This document shows, piece after piece, positions 47,709 to 56,914 of a stretch of 64,000 nucleotides of DNA. The stretch is from Leclercia sp. (GTDB lineage Bacteria; Pseudomonadota; Gammaproteobacteria; Enterobacterales; Enterobacteriaceae), in assembly GCA_049284415.1 (NCBI GenBank), contig JBAPXW010000027.1:157363-221362 (forward strand), given 5' to 3'. The notes beneath the pieces were generated by a model. It saw only the letters and a program-made list of their open reading frames with translations. It was not told the origin of the DNA and made no database searches. Both the position numbers and the translations under genes were made by a program. The first letter of the stretch is position 1, and each line of letters starts with the position of its first letter.

Positions 47709-47715
47709 CTGCTTT

Positions 47716-47746
47716 TGCCGGGTGGCGCTGCGCTTACCCGGCTTAC
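47716..47746. repeat. REP element copy after pncA
   Basis: TGCCGGGTGGCGCTGCGCTTACCCGGCTTAC, the same family as the copy at 40248..40279. Confidence 0.7.
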
Positions 47747-47852
47747 AACATACCACCCCGTCGTTACGCAACAATTTCCTATAAATCACATAAAGTGAAC
47801 TCCCTCGCACTCCCAACGAAGCGGCAATGCTATTCTTTTTTGGCACTTTTTT

Positions 47853-47885
47853 GCCACGCCATTACGTGGCGTGTTTGTTTTTTTT
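47853..47885 (+). terminator. intrinsic terminator 27 nt upstream of the chitinase ATG
   Basis: GCCACG-ccatta-CGTGGC (alternative register CACGCC/GGCGTG) followed by TTTGTTTTTTTT. Plus strand only. Confidence 0.7.
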
Positions 47886-47911
47886 AACGTCAAAGCCAAA
47901 GAGGAACCGCT

Positions 47912-49165
47912 ATGAAACGTTTGCCATTACTGGCAGCCTTGCCCCTGCTTTGCGCCTCCGTTGCGTCCGCCAGCTCCCTGATGTCAGTCGGATATTTTAA
48001 CGGGGGCGGGGATGTCACCGCCGGGCCTGGAGGCGATATCAACACCCTGGATGTGCGTCAGATAACTCACCTCAACTACTCGTTTGGTCTGGTCTATAAC
48101 GACGAGAAAGATGAAACCAACGCCGCGCTGAAAGATCCAACCAGACTGCATCAAATCTGGCTCTCGCCGAAGGTCGCCGCCGATTTAGCGCTAATCCCCA
48201 CCCTGCGTAAACAAAACCCGAATCTGAAGGTGCTGCTCTCCGTGGGCGGCTGGGGCGCGCGTGGCTTCTCGGGCGCAGCGTCAAGCGCAGAGACCCGGGC
48301 GGTGTTTATTCGTTCCGCACAGGAGATCGTCGAAAAATACGGACTGGACGGCATCGATCTCGACTGGGAGTTCCCGGTAAATGGCGCATGGGGCCTGGTT
48401 GCCAGTAAGCCTGAGGATCGGGATAACTTCACCGCGCTGCTGAAAGAACTGCGTGAGGCGTTCGGCAAGAAAAAACTGGTTACGATTGCCGTGGGTGCCA
48501 ACGCGGAAAGCCCAAAAACATGGGTAGACGTGAAGGCGGTAGCGCCGCTGCTGGATTACATCAACCTGATGACCTACGACATGGCCTACGGGACGCAGTA
48601 TTTCAACGCCAATTTATATGATTCCAGCGCCTGGCCTACCGTTGCCGCAGCGGATAAATACAGCGTCGACTTTGTGGTCAATAACTATCTGGCCGCCGGG
48701 CTGAAGCCGCAGCAGATGAACCTGGGCATCGGTTTCTATGGTCGCGTACCGAAGCGCTCCGTTGAACCGGGTATCGACTGGAGTAAACCGGATGCGCAAA
48801 AAAATCCGGTGACGCAGCCCTACTTTGGCCCGCAGGAGATTGGCCTGTTCAAATCGCTGGGTTACGACCTGACCAAAGATACCTATGTGAAGTACAACGA
48901 TATCGTGAAGACGTTGTTAAACGATCCGCAGAAACGCTTTACCGAACACTGGGACGATCAGGCTCAGGTGCCGTGGCTGTCGGTTAAGTCTGCCGAGGGC
49001 AAGGCGCTGTTTGCCCTGTCTTACGAGAACCCGCGCTCGGTCGCCATTAAAGCGGAGTACATCAAAGCGAAGGGACTGGCCGGCGCGATGTTCTGGGAGT
49101 ACGGCGCGGATGACAACAACCAGCTGGCGAAACAGCTGGCAGAGTCGCTGGGGATCCAACACTAG
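47912..49165 (+). CDS. secreted glycoside hydrolase family 18 chitinase (single catalytic domain)
   Basis: 417 aa with signal peptide MKRLPLLAALPLLCASVASA and the catalytic motif DGIDLDWEFP. AGAGGA SD. This gene is not at this locus in E. coli K-12. Confidence 0.9.
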   Translation: MKRLPLLAALPLLCASVASASSLMSVGYFNGGGDVTAGPGGDINTLDVRQITHLNYSFGLVYNDEKDETNAALKDPTRLHQIWLSPKVAADLALIPTLRKQNPNLKVLLSVGGWGARGFSGAASSAETRAVFIRSAQEIVEKYGLDGIDLDWEFPVNGAWGLVASKPEDRDNFTALLKELREAFGKKKLVTIAVGANAESPKTWVDVKAVAPLLDYINLMTYDMAYGTQYFNANLYDSSAWPTVAAADKYSVDFVVNNYLAAGLKPQQMNLGIGFYGRVPKRSVEPGIDWSKPDAQKNPVTQPYFGPQEIGLFKSLGYDLTKDTYVKYNDIVKTLLNDPQKRFTEHWDDQAQVPWLSVKSAEGKALFALSYENPRSVAIKAEYIKAKGLAGAMFWEYGADDNNQLAKQLAESLGIQH

Positions 49166-49179
49166 CATCGATGAGTAAA

Positions 49180-49207
49180 ATGCCCGGTGAACCGCGTCAC
49201 CGGGCAT
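49180..49207. terminator. hairpin between the convergent chitinase and ydjE genes
   Basis: ATGCCCGGTGA-accgcg-TCACCGGGCAT, an 11-bp stem with short T tracts on both strands. Confidence 0.6.
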
Positions 49208-49233
49208 TTCATCTGCCTCCCCTCTGCCCTGCT

Positions 49234-50592
49234 TTAGCTCAGGCTGGCGATCTCCTCCAGTGAAACCATCCGCGTTTCAATGCCAAAGAAAAACAGAATC
49301 AGTGAGCACACCACCAGCATCACCCCCAGTACGATAAACACGGTAACAGACCCATACTCGGTCAGGAGGGCTGCGACGCCATAGGGGGTAAAGACGGCGA
49401 CAATGCGCCCCACCGCATTCACGAAGCCAGACCCGCGCAGGCGCAAATGGGTTGGCCACAGCTCCGGCACGTAGACCGCAGAGGCGAAGCAGACGTACAT
49501 GTAGAGGAAAAATATCATCACCAGGCCATAGCTCAGAATGGCCCACTCCGCGGTTTGAATCGAGTAGACATATCCCAGCACCGCAATCAGCACCAGCAGG
49601 AACGAACCGAATAAACGGCGCGGAAAACGGTCAATAACCAGCGCGGCAATAAATATCCCTACCGGCGCGCCAATCATAATAATGGCAGTCATGAAGATCG
49701 ATTTGGTGACATCAATACCGGAGTTCACAAAAATGGTCGGGATCCACACTGTGATGGTGTACAGCGAGATATTCATGGCAATCAGCACGGTAATAGCAAC
49801 AAGAGTACGGCGCAGCATCTGACCTTTGAATAACAGCCAGAATGCACCACGCTCTTCGCAACCAGCAGGGGAGCCCTCAGGGCAATCAGACGCGGAGAGC
49901 GTGATGTTATGCTCTTTTTCGATCTGCGTTTCGATCTCCCGCAGGTGTTGCTCGGCGAGGTTTTTTTGCCCCTTCCCGGCCAGCCAGCGCGGTGATTCAA
50001 TAAAATACTTACCCGAAAGATACCAGGCCAGCAGCATGCCTGCCCCGCCGAGCAAAAACATCATCCGCCAGCTCAGAAAGGCAATAATGACCACGCCAAT
50101 CGCCGCCGAAAGCATCGGCGACCAGTTGCCGACAAATGAGAGACGCGCAGACCATTTCCCGCGCACTCCCGCCGGAATAAATTCAGTGAACGAGGCATAG
50201 CCGACCATGATCAACGCGCCCATTCCGACCCCCATCAGGCCGCGGAAAAAGATCAGCCAGAACATATTGGGAACAAATGCGGCCGCGGTTGCCGAAATAC
50301 CCACAATCAGTAAATTGATGCGGAAGGCTTTACGGCGTCCGAAGTAGTCGCCAATAAATCCCGCGGTAAGCGAACCGACAAAATAACCAAACATTAATGA
50401 CGAGGTAAAAGCCGCATTCAGGAAATTATTCGACCAGCCGTTACTGACCAGTTTGGCGAGCACGACATTCCCGGAATAGCTCAAAAAACCGGTCAGTAAT
50501 AAACCTAAACTGATAATGCCGAATATACGAAAATGAAAGCGGGCCAATGGCAGGCGGTCCAGCCTTGCGCCGATATAATCATATTGTTCCAT
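49234..50592 (-). CDS. ydjE: MFS sugar-porter family transporter YdjE
   Basis: 452 aa, 12-TM type. Synteny matches. Confidence 0.92.
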   Translation of the reverse strand: MEQYDYIGARLDRLPLARFHFRIFGIISLGLLLTGFLSYSGNVVLAKLVSNGWSNNFLNAAFTSSLMFGYFVGSLTAGFIGDYFGRRKAFRINLLIVGISATAAAFVPNMFWLIFFRGLMGVGMGALIMVGYASFTEFIPAGVRGKWSARLSFVGNWSPMLSAAIGVVIIAFLSWRMMFLLGGAGMLLAWYLSGKYFIESPRWLAGKGQKNLAEQHLREIETQIEKEHNITLSASDCPEGSPAGCEERGAFWLLFKGQMLRRTLVAITVLIAMNISLYTITVWIPTIFVNSGIDVTKSIFMTAIIMIGAPVGIFIAALVIDRFPRRLFGSFLLVLIAVLGYVYSIQTAEWAILSYGLVMIFFLYMYVCFASAVYVPELWPTHLRLRGSGFVNAVGRIVAVFTPYGVAALLTEYGSVTVFIVLGVMLVVCSLILFFFGIETRMVSLEEIASLS

Positions 50593-50759
50593 CTGGTTGC
50601 CTCAAATGCCGATTGTCATTCTCCTGCGAGAACTTACCGAACATAATGTGTATTTTATTGTGTTATCGCGGTCGCGGCTGGGTAAATCCGGCCGTGACCG
50701 CCATCAATTTTATGGGGCACTGACAGGGTACAAATTAAAATAATATCGACATGATAGCG

Positions 50760-51518
50760 TTAATAGACCAGCTGGATATTATTTTGTTTACAAAATGCGA
50801 TCCACTCCGCAGCAGGTGCCTTATTAGTAATAATGTAATTGATATGGCTTAAATCAATTAAGCGGACAAACGCTTTGCGATCAAACTTAGAGTGGTCGAC
50901 CAACAGTGCCACTTCTGTTGCCTGACGGATCATGGTTTTTTTGATTTCGGCTTCTGCTTCGTTCGAGTCCAGCGCCCCGCTCTCCATGTCCAGCCCTTTA
51001 CAGCTCATCACCATAATATCAACGTGATAGCGGCTGATGATCTCTTTAGTGATCCGCCCCTGCAGTGAGAGGGTGTTTTTATTCAGCTCGCCGCCCGTAG
51101 ACACGACGTTAATTTCCGACTGCGCCAGTTCATGAAAGGCCTCGGCAGAATTAGTTAATAACGTGAGGTCATTGCGCTCTTTTAAGAGTTTCAATAACTC
51201 CATCGCGGTACTACTGGAATCTGCCGCCAGTGTCGTTTTGTTACTAATAAAGGGTAATGCATTGCGAGCGATAATCTGTTTCTCTTCAAAAAACGATTTC
51301 GCGCGTTTATAAAAGTGAACATTATCAGACAATGTGCTGGCGTTTAATACCGCACCGCCATAAGTTCGGGTTAAAAAACCTTCGTCTTCAAGTTTCTCCA
51401 GATCGCGTCGAATAGTTTCTTCCGTTACCTGAAATAATGCACTTAAACTGGAGACTGCTACTTTTTTATCATTGGCAACCCGCTGTTTAATTGCCTGTAT
51501 TCTGTCTTTCGCCGCCAC
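50760..51518 (-). CDS. ydjF: DeoR-family transcriptional regulator YdjF (GTG start)
   Basis: ORF trimmed to the GTG at 51518 ((M)AAKDRIQAIKQRVANDKK..., 252 aa). The SD is GAGGTGG. Confidence 0.9.
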   Translation of the reverse strand: MAAKDRIQAIKQRVANDKKVAVSSLSALFQVTEETIRRDLEKLEDEGFLTRTYGGAVLNASTLSDNVHFYKRAKSFFEEKQIIARNALPFISNKTTLAADSSSTAMELLKLLKERNDLTLLTNSAEAFHELAQSEINVVSTGGELNKNTLSLQGRITKEIISRYHVDIMVMSCKGLDMESGALDSNEAEAEIKKTMIRQATEVALLVDHSKFDRKAFVRLIDLSHINYIITNKAPAAEWIAFCKQNNIQLVY

Positions 51519-51522
51519 GATT

Positions 51523-51642
51523 CCACCTCTGTTTCTCACCTGGTCATGATATGTTGTCAGTATCGCACAGACCATGTTTATTTTCAAAAGAACATGTCCG
51601 AATCACAGATTTTCATATTTTTTTACACAGAAACAGAGGTGG
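51523..51642. repeat. perfect 14-bp inverted repeat flanking the ydjG-ydjF spacer
   Basis: CCACCTCTGTTTCT (51523..51536) and AGAAACAGAGGTGG (51629..51642), 92 nt apart. The left arm is the complement of the ydjF SD region. Confidence 0.85.
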
Positions 51643-51654
51643 CTCATATTTACT

Positions 51655-52638
51655 TTATTTATTATCCAGCGCCTCTGCCATTTCTCTCATCAATAACGAA
51701 TCTGCATCCGTTAAGGTGATAGCGAGCGCCTGGACATTCTCGCGCACCTGTTCCGGCGCAGTGGCTCCGCTAAGGATGGAGATTAACTCGCTCTGTTTGA
51801 GGATCCACGCCAGCGCCAGCGTAGGAACAGAACATCGATACTTGTCGCACAGAGGCCGCCACTGCTCCAGCATATCGATGACGCGCAGCATATTTTCGCG
51901 CTGGAACCAGACTTTGTTCGCCTGTGCACCACCAGGCACGTAGTCGCGCGTAACAGTGCCGGTCAGTAGCCCCTGTTCAAGCGGGGAGTAGACCTGCACT
52001 ACAATCCCGTGCTCGCGACACAGTGGCAGCAAATCGGACTCCAGCCCCCGATCGAGAATGCTGTACTTGGCCTGCACAATATCCAGCTCGCCGTGTCTGA
52101 GGTATTCGCGGATATGGTCGGCATCCACATTCGCGGCACCAATGGCGCGGATTTTGCCCTCGGCTTTCAGCGCGTTGAGCACGCCCATGGTTTCTGCAAT
52201 CGGGGTAAAATACGGCGGCACCGACTGCCAGTGGGTCATATAAATATCAATGCAATCAATACCGAGTCGCTCAAGGCTGACCTCTACCTCTTCGCGGATG
52301 GATTCCTTAGAGAGATTTTTATACAGCTGTCTGTCGCCGACTTTATTGAACAGGCTGCCCTGACGTTCCCAGACTATCCCGCATTTGGTTTCTACCACCA
52401 TCTCATCCCGCGGGAGCTGCTTCAGCGCCTGGCCGACAATCACTTCGCTGTTGCCAAAGTTATAGCCCGGCGCGGTATCGATAAGATTAATGCCGCAACG
52501 ATGTGCTTCGATAATGGTATCGATGCAGATCTGCAGGTCGAGATCGCCCTTCCATGCCGGGCCGCCGCCGATGGCCCAGGTGCCTAATCCCATTCGCGAG
52601 AGCGTTAAATCGGTACAGCCTAAAGGTATCATTTTCAT
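51655..52638 (-). CDS. ydjG: NADH-dependent aldo-keto reductase YdjG
   Basis: 327 aa, AKR family. Confidence 0.92.
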   Translation of the reverse strand: MKMIPLGCTDLTLSRMGLGTWAIGGGPAWKGDLDLQICIDTIIEAHRCGINLIDTAPGYNFGNSEVIVGQALKQLPRDEMVVETKCGIVWERQGSLFNKVGDRQLYKNLSKESIREEVEVSLERLGIDCIDIYMTHWQSVPPYFTPIAETMGVLNALKAEGKIRAIGAANVDADHIREYLRHGELDIVQAKYSILDRGLESDLLPLCREHGIVVQVYSPLEQGLLTGTVTRDYVPGGAQANKVWFQRENMLRVIDMLEQWRPLCDKYRCSVPTLALAWILKQSELISILSGATAPEQVRENVQALAITLTDADSLLMREMAEALDNK

Positions 52639-52647
52639 CTGCTGTTC

Positions 52648-53595
52648 TTATCCTTCGTATTCATCAAGAAGTTGTTCCACCAGCTTTCGGTTCTGCACAC
52701 CCGTTGTGGCGCCAACGCTGAGCACCGAGATTGCCGCGGTGGCATTGGCAAACAGCGCGCAGTCACGCAGAGCTTTGCCCTCCAGCAGGGCGGAGATAAA
52801 CCCTGAGGCAAAGTTGTCACCCGCGCCTATGGTGTCGATGGCGGTGATCCCCGATACCGCAGGCACCGCCATTCGCACATTGTCCCCTTTGATAAAGCAG
52901 CCCTTCTTGCCAGTTTTAATGACCACCGTTTTGACGCCGCACTGCAGAAAACTGTCGGCGATCTCATCCAGGGTCTCTTTCCCGGTCAGCAGTTTTGCTT
53001 CGTCGAAATTGGGAAACAGATAGTCGACAAAACTCAGCGCGTCGCGAATATCGTCCAGCGTCTCATTCAGGCGAGGCTTGATCATGTCAGCGCATATCAC
53101 CATCTGGTGAGCCTTCGCCTGGGTAAAGATCTCGGTTAACGCGTTGCCGTCCAGCAGCGGGCTGTTAAAAATACTCGCCAGAGATAGCAGCTTCGCCTGC
53201 GAAAAACGGTCGAAATCGACATCATTAATATTTAACTTCCACAGGCTGCCATTGCGATTGGTGACAAACGTCCGCTCACCGTCTGCGGTGACCAGCCCGA
53301 CATTAATTGAGGTGTCAATATTCGCGTCCTGCTTCAGACTGTGAATATCAATATTCTCCCGACGACAGTGATCAACAATAAAATGCCCTGCTGCGTCGTC
53401 GCCCACCCGGCTCATTAATGCGGTCCGGTGGCCAAGGCGAGAAATAATGGTGGCTTCGTTAATGGCATCTCCTCCCGTGGTCATCGCAATACGCTCTAAC
53501 GGGTAAGAATCGACATCAAATATATTTTTACTGACGGGCTGCAGCGGAATATCGACTATTGCAGCGCCTATACACAGAACCTCGATGTCATCCAT
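52648..53595 (-). CDS. ydjH: PfkB-family sugar(-acid) kinase YdjH
   Basis: ORF trimmed to MDDIEVLCIGAAIVDIPLQP... (315 aa) with a GAGD motif. Confidence 0.92.
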   Translation of the reverse strand: MDDIEVLCIGAAIVDIPLQPVSKNIFDVDSYPLERIAMTTGGDAINEATIISRLGHRTALMSRVGDDAAGHFIVDHCRRENIDIHSLKQDANIDTSINVGLVTADGERTFVTNRNGSLWKLNINDVDFDRFSQAKLLSLASIFNSPLLDGNALTEIFTQAKAHQMVICADMIKPRLNETLDDIRDALSFVDYLFPNFDEAKLLTGKETLDEIADSFLQCGVKTVVIKTGKKGCFIKGDNVRMAVPAVSGITAIDTIGAGDNFASGFISALLEGKALRDCALFANATAAISVLSVGATTGVQNRKLVEQLLDEYEG

Positions 53596-53599
53596 GGCG

Positions 53600-54436
53600 T
53601 CATTCCGCTTTACCGTCTGAACCAAAGAGTTTGATTTTTTCCAGCGCGCGTTCTTTTACCGCCTTGCGTACTTCACGCTCGACATGAAGGAACGGCTGAT
53701 GCTGATTCTCTTTTACCGCGACCATTGCGGCCTGGCACAGCTCGGTGTGAATATTGATTTTGGCAATCCCTAGCGAAATGGCTTTTCTGATATCCGCATC
53801 GCTGATACCGGAGGCACCGTGCAACACCAGAGGAACGGACACCGCCTGACGGACGCGTTCGACCACTTCAAAGTTCAGCTTAGGCGCCGAGGTATAGACA
53901 CCGTGCTGGTTGCCGATTGCCACGGCCAGTGAATCGCAGCCGGTGCGTTCGACAAATTCTGCCGCCTGGTCCGGATCGGTATAGTGATACCCCGCCAGCG
54001 CTTCTTCATAGACCGTTTCATTACCCACATGCCCCAGCTCCGCCTCGACCGGAATACCCAGCGGATGGAAGAAATCGACCGCCTCTTTGGTCAGACGAAT
54101 GTTCTCTTCAAAATCGCAGGCTGAGGCATCGCGCATCAGTGAGTTCATGCCGTGTGTCCAGGCATTATGGATAATCTCCATGCTGCGCCCGTGATCCCAG
54201 TGGGTAATGACCGGTACTGAGGCCTTTTTCGCCATCGATACCATCATGTGCGAGAAGTCCTCGAAGGAGGTATTGCCGACAAACCCGGTACCAAAGGAGA
54301 TAATAACCGGTGAATTTGTCTCTTCTGCCGCATCAATAACGCCCATCAACATTTCTGCATTCCAGACGTTGAAGTGTGCAATAGCGTAATGTCTGTTTTG
54401 CGCGTCGTTTTCCCAATATTTAATATCTGCCAGCAT
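53600..54436 (-). CDS. ydjI: class II (zinc) aldolase YdjI
   Basis: 278 aa, FbaA/GatY family. Confidence 0.92.
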   Translation of the reverse strand: MLADIKYWENDAQNRHYAIAHFNVWNAEMLMGVIDAAEETNSPVIISFGTGFVGNTSFEDFSHMMVSMAKKASVPVITHWDHGRSMEIIHNAWTHGMNSLMRDASACDFEENIRLTKEAVDFFHPLGIPVEAELGHVGNETVYEEALAGYHYTDPDQAAEFVERTGCDSLAVAIGNQHGVYTSAPKLNFEVVERVRQAVSVPLVLHGASGISDADIRKAISLGIAKINIHTELCQAAMVAVKENQHQPFLHVEREVRKAVKERALEKIKLFGSDGKAE

Positions 54437-54456
54437 CGTTGTCTCTCCCGTGTTAA

Positions 54457-55500
54457 TTAATGGCTAATTTTAATAACGCCTTTAATGATGTCGCGTTTGT
54501 TATTGACCGACTCATCAAATGCGCGTTGTACTTCTTCGTAATCGTAAATATGCGTCACCATCGATTTGACATCGAAACGACCAGAGGAAATGGCGTCAAT
54601 AGTGACCGGATAACGGTTGGCGTAGCGGAAAACAGTCTGGATAGTCACTTCACGGTTAATTTTGAGGAAATTAATCGCTGAGTCGCCCGGCACGGTACCG
54701 ACAATCATGATCCTGCCGCCGCGCATTACCAGATAAGGGGCCTGTTTAACTGTGACGGCAGAGCCCGCTGTTTCAAAGACTATGTCGGCGCCCATATCAC
54801 CCGAGAACTGCTGGCAGCGGGCCAGGGTGTCTTCTTTCGCCCCGTTGATAACGGTGGTGGCACCCAGCTGTTCCGCCATCGCCAGACGTTTTTCCAGTAC
54901 GTCCACCACCGCAATGTCGGTCGCCCCCAGGCATTTACAGGCCTGCAGCGTCATCAGGCCGATGCAGCCCGCCCCCAGAATGACGATTTTCTTGCCCGGT
55001 TTAACATCTGCCAGCATCGCGGCGTGCATGCCCACAGCTGCCGGTTCGACCAGCGCCCCTTCGAGAGTGTCCATATTGTCGGGCAGCTTGTAGGTAAAGC
55101 TCTCCGGGTGGCACAGATAGTGGGTTAACGCACCACGGTAGTTGGGCTGGGTCGCCATAAAATCGACGTCCGGACAGATGTTATACTTGCCCTCAAGACA
55201 ATAGCGGCAGTGTCCACATGGTACGCCAGGCTCGATATTTACCCGGTCGCCGGCTTTAAATTTCGTGACCTGGTTACCCACGGCTATTACCGTACCGGCA
55301 CATTCATGCCCCAGACCAATCTCCTGATTCGGATCTTTCGGCGGAATAAAAGGACCGGATTCAAAGCCGTGCACATCTGAGCCACAAATACCGACATATT
55401 CGACTTTGATCAGCACTTCATTATCTTTGGGCACCGGAATATCGGCGGTAATAATTTTCATTGTGCCCGGGGTTGTTAAAATCGCTTTTGAATTGTTCAT
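54457..55500 (-). CDS. ydjJ: zinc-type alcohol/polyol dehydrogenase YdjJ
   Basis: ORF trimmed to MNNSKAILTTPGTMKII... (347 aa) with the GHECAG zinc motif. Confidence 0.92.
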   Translation of the reverse strand: MNNSKAILTTPGTMKIITADIPVPKDNEVLIKVEYVGICGSDVHGFESGPFIPPKDPNQEIGLGHECAGTVIAVGNQVTKFKAGDRVNIEPGVPCGHCRYCLEGKYNICPDVDFMATQPNYRGALTHYLCHPESFTYKLPDNMDTLEGALVEPAAVGMHAAMLADVKPGKKIVILGAGCIGLMTLQACKCLGATDIAVVDVLEKRLAMAEQLGATTVINGAKEDTLARCQQFSGDMGADIVFETAGSAVTVKQAPYLVMRGGRIMIVGTVPGDSAINFLKINREVTIQTVFRYANRYPVTIDAISSGRFDVKSMVTHIYDYEEVQRAFDESVNNKRDIIKGVIKISH

Positions 55501-55510
55501 CATATTTCCT

Positions 55511-56890
55511 TTATTTATGGGTAACCGCATCGATGCCCAGGCTTTCTACCGAGACGCCTTTGGTTTCAATTCCGATGGTCGCAATGGCGATGGCAACAAT
55601 AATGGAGACTGCGCCCAGCAGGATGAATACGCCGGTTACGCCATAGCCATTGAGCAGGACGGCGACGGCATAGGGTGCAGCAATACCACTGATCCTACCG
55701 ACGGCGTTCGCCAGGCCCGAACCGCGGAGCTTCGCTTCTGTTGGCCAGATTTCTGGAACATAAACTGCGGAGGCGTAGCAAACGTACATATAGACAAAGG
55801 TAATCAGGAAGAAGCCAATAACGGTGATGTACAGCATGCTGGTTTGTAATGAGTAGATATACCCCAGCACTGCAATTAACAGTAATAACCCGACGCCCAT
55901 AGTTTTGCGTGGGATTTTATCCATCACCAGCATGGCGATAAAGATACCGAAGGGTGCGCCAAACATGCTCATGGTATTTAAGACAATAGAGTCTTTCAGG
56001 TTAATACCTTGGGTCATGAATATGGTCGGCAACCAGTTAATTAACGTGTATTGCACAACGTTCATGGCGATCAGCACAAAGGAACCTAATATCACCCGCT
56101 TCAGTAGTACTCCTGACAGCAATGCCGAATAGGGTACGGTGCGCGGCTGGTAGTTATTATCTTCAATCACCACTGGCGGCAACGGTTTACCCGTCTGACG
56201 AGCGACCCCCTCTTCTATCGCCTGCATCACCTGTTCAGCTTCCTGATAACGCCCACGCGATTCCAGCCAACGGGGCGATTCCGGGAACCAACGCCAGGCG
56301 AAGGCCGTGGCAATCAAAGAAAGCAGCGCCGGGATGAGTAACTGCACACGCCAGTTCCATTCTGCGCTGATAAGCGGCGTTAACCCCATCGCGATCAGTG
56401 AGCATAGCGGATAGGACCAGTTGCCAATAAAGGAGACCCGGCTCGACCAGGTGCCTCGGTTTCTGCCCGGCATGTATTCAGTAAAGCCAGCAAACAGGGT
56501 AACCAGCAGCGCGCCAAGCCCTACCCCCATGACAAAACGGCAGGCGATGAGGAAATCCATATTCGGCGAGAATGCCCCCACCACCATGGCAGCAATATGT
56601 ATCGCCTCATACAGTAGGAAGGCGTTGCGGCGTCCTGTTTTATCGCCGATGATCCCGCCAACCAGCGCGCCAAGAAACATCCCCGCCGTGGTAATTGCGG
56701 AAAAAGTAGCGGTAGTGGAATTATCGGTCCAGCCAAGTTCTTTTAACTGCGCGAGAATTAATCCGCCAACGGCATTACTCCAGCACACGAGCAAGCCAAA
56801 GGCGACTACGGCAAACATCGATGAATGCCAGCGGCAGTCCGGCAGACGATCCAGCCGGGCGCCACACTGCGGTTTTGTTATCTGTTCCAT
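55511..56890 (-). CDS. ydjK: MFS sugar-porter family transporter YdjK
   Basis: ORF trimmed to MEQITKPQCGARLDRLP... (459 aa). Confidence 0.92.
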   Translation of the reverse strand: MEQITKPQCGARLDRLPDCRWHSSMFAVVAFGLLVCWSNAVGGLILAQLKELGWTDNSTTATFSAITTAGMFLGALVGGIIGDKTGRRNAFLLYEAIHIAAMVVGAFSPNMDFLIACRFVMGVGLGALLVTLFAGFTEYMPGRNRGTWSSRVSFIGNWSYPLCSLIAMGLTPLISAEWNWRVQLLIPALLSLIATAFAWRWFPESPRWLESRGRYQEAEQVMQAIEEGVARQTGKPLPPVVIEDNNYQPRTVPYSALLSGVLLKRVILGSFVLIAMNVVQYTLINWLPTIFMTQGINLKDSIVLNTMSMFGAPFGIFIAMLVMDKIPRKTMGVGLLLLIAVLGYIYSLQTSMLYITVIGFFLITFVYMYVCYASAVYVPEIWPTEAKLRGSGLANAVGRISGIAAPYAVAVLLNGYGVTGVFILLGAVSIIVAIAIATIGIETKGVSVESLGIDAVTHK

Positions 56891-56914
56891 ACGACAACCC
56901 TCCTTCATCGAGTG

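Noticed and set aside
47827-48000. 57-codon ORF starting MLFFFGTFLPRHY..., crossing the terminator and running out-of-frame into the chitinase gene. It could look like a Phe-rich leader peptide.
   Set aside because: The Phe codons are just the terminator-associated T-runs. There is no SD before the ATG, and the frame overlaps the chitinase signal peptide region.
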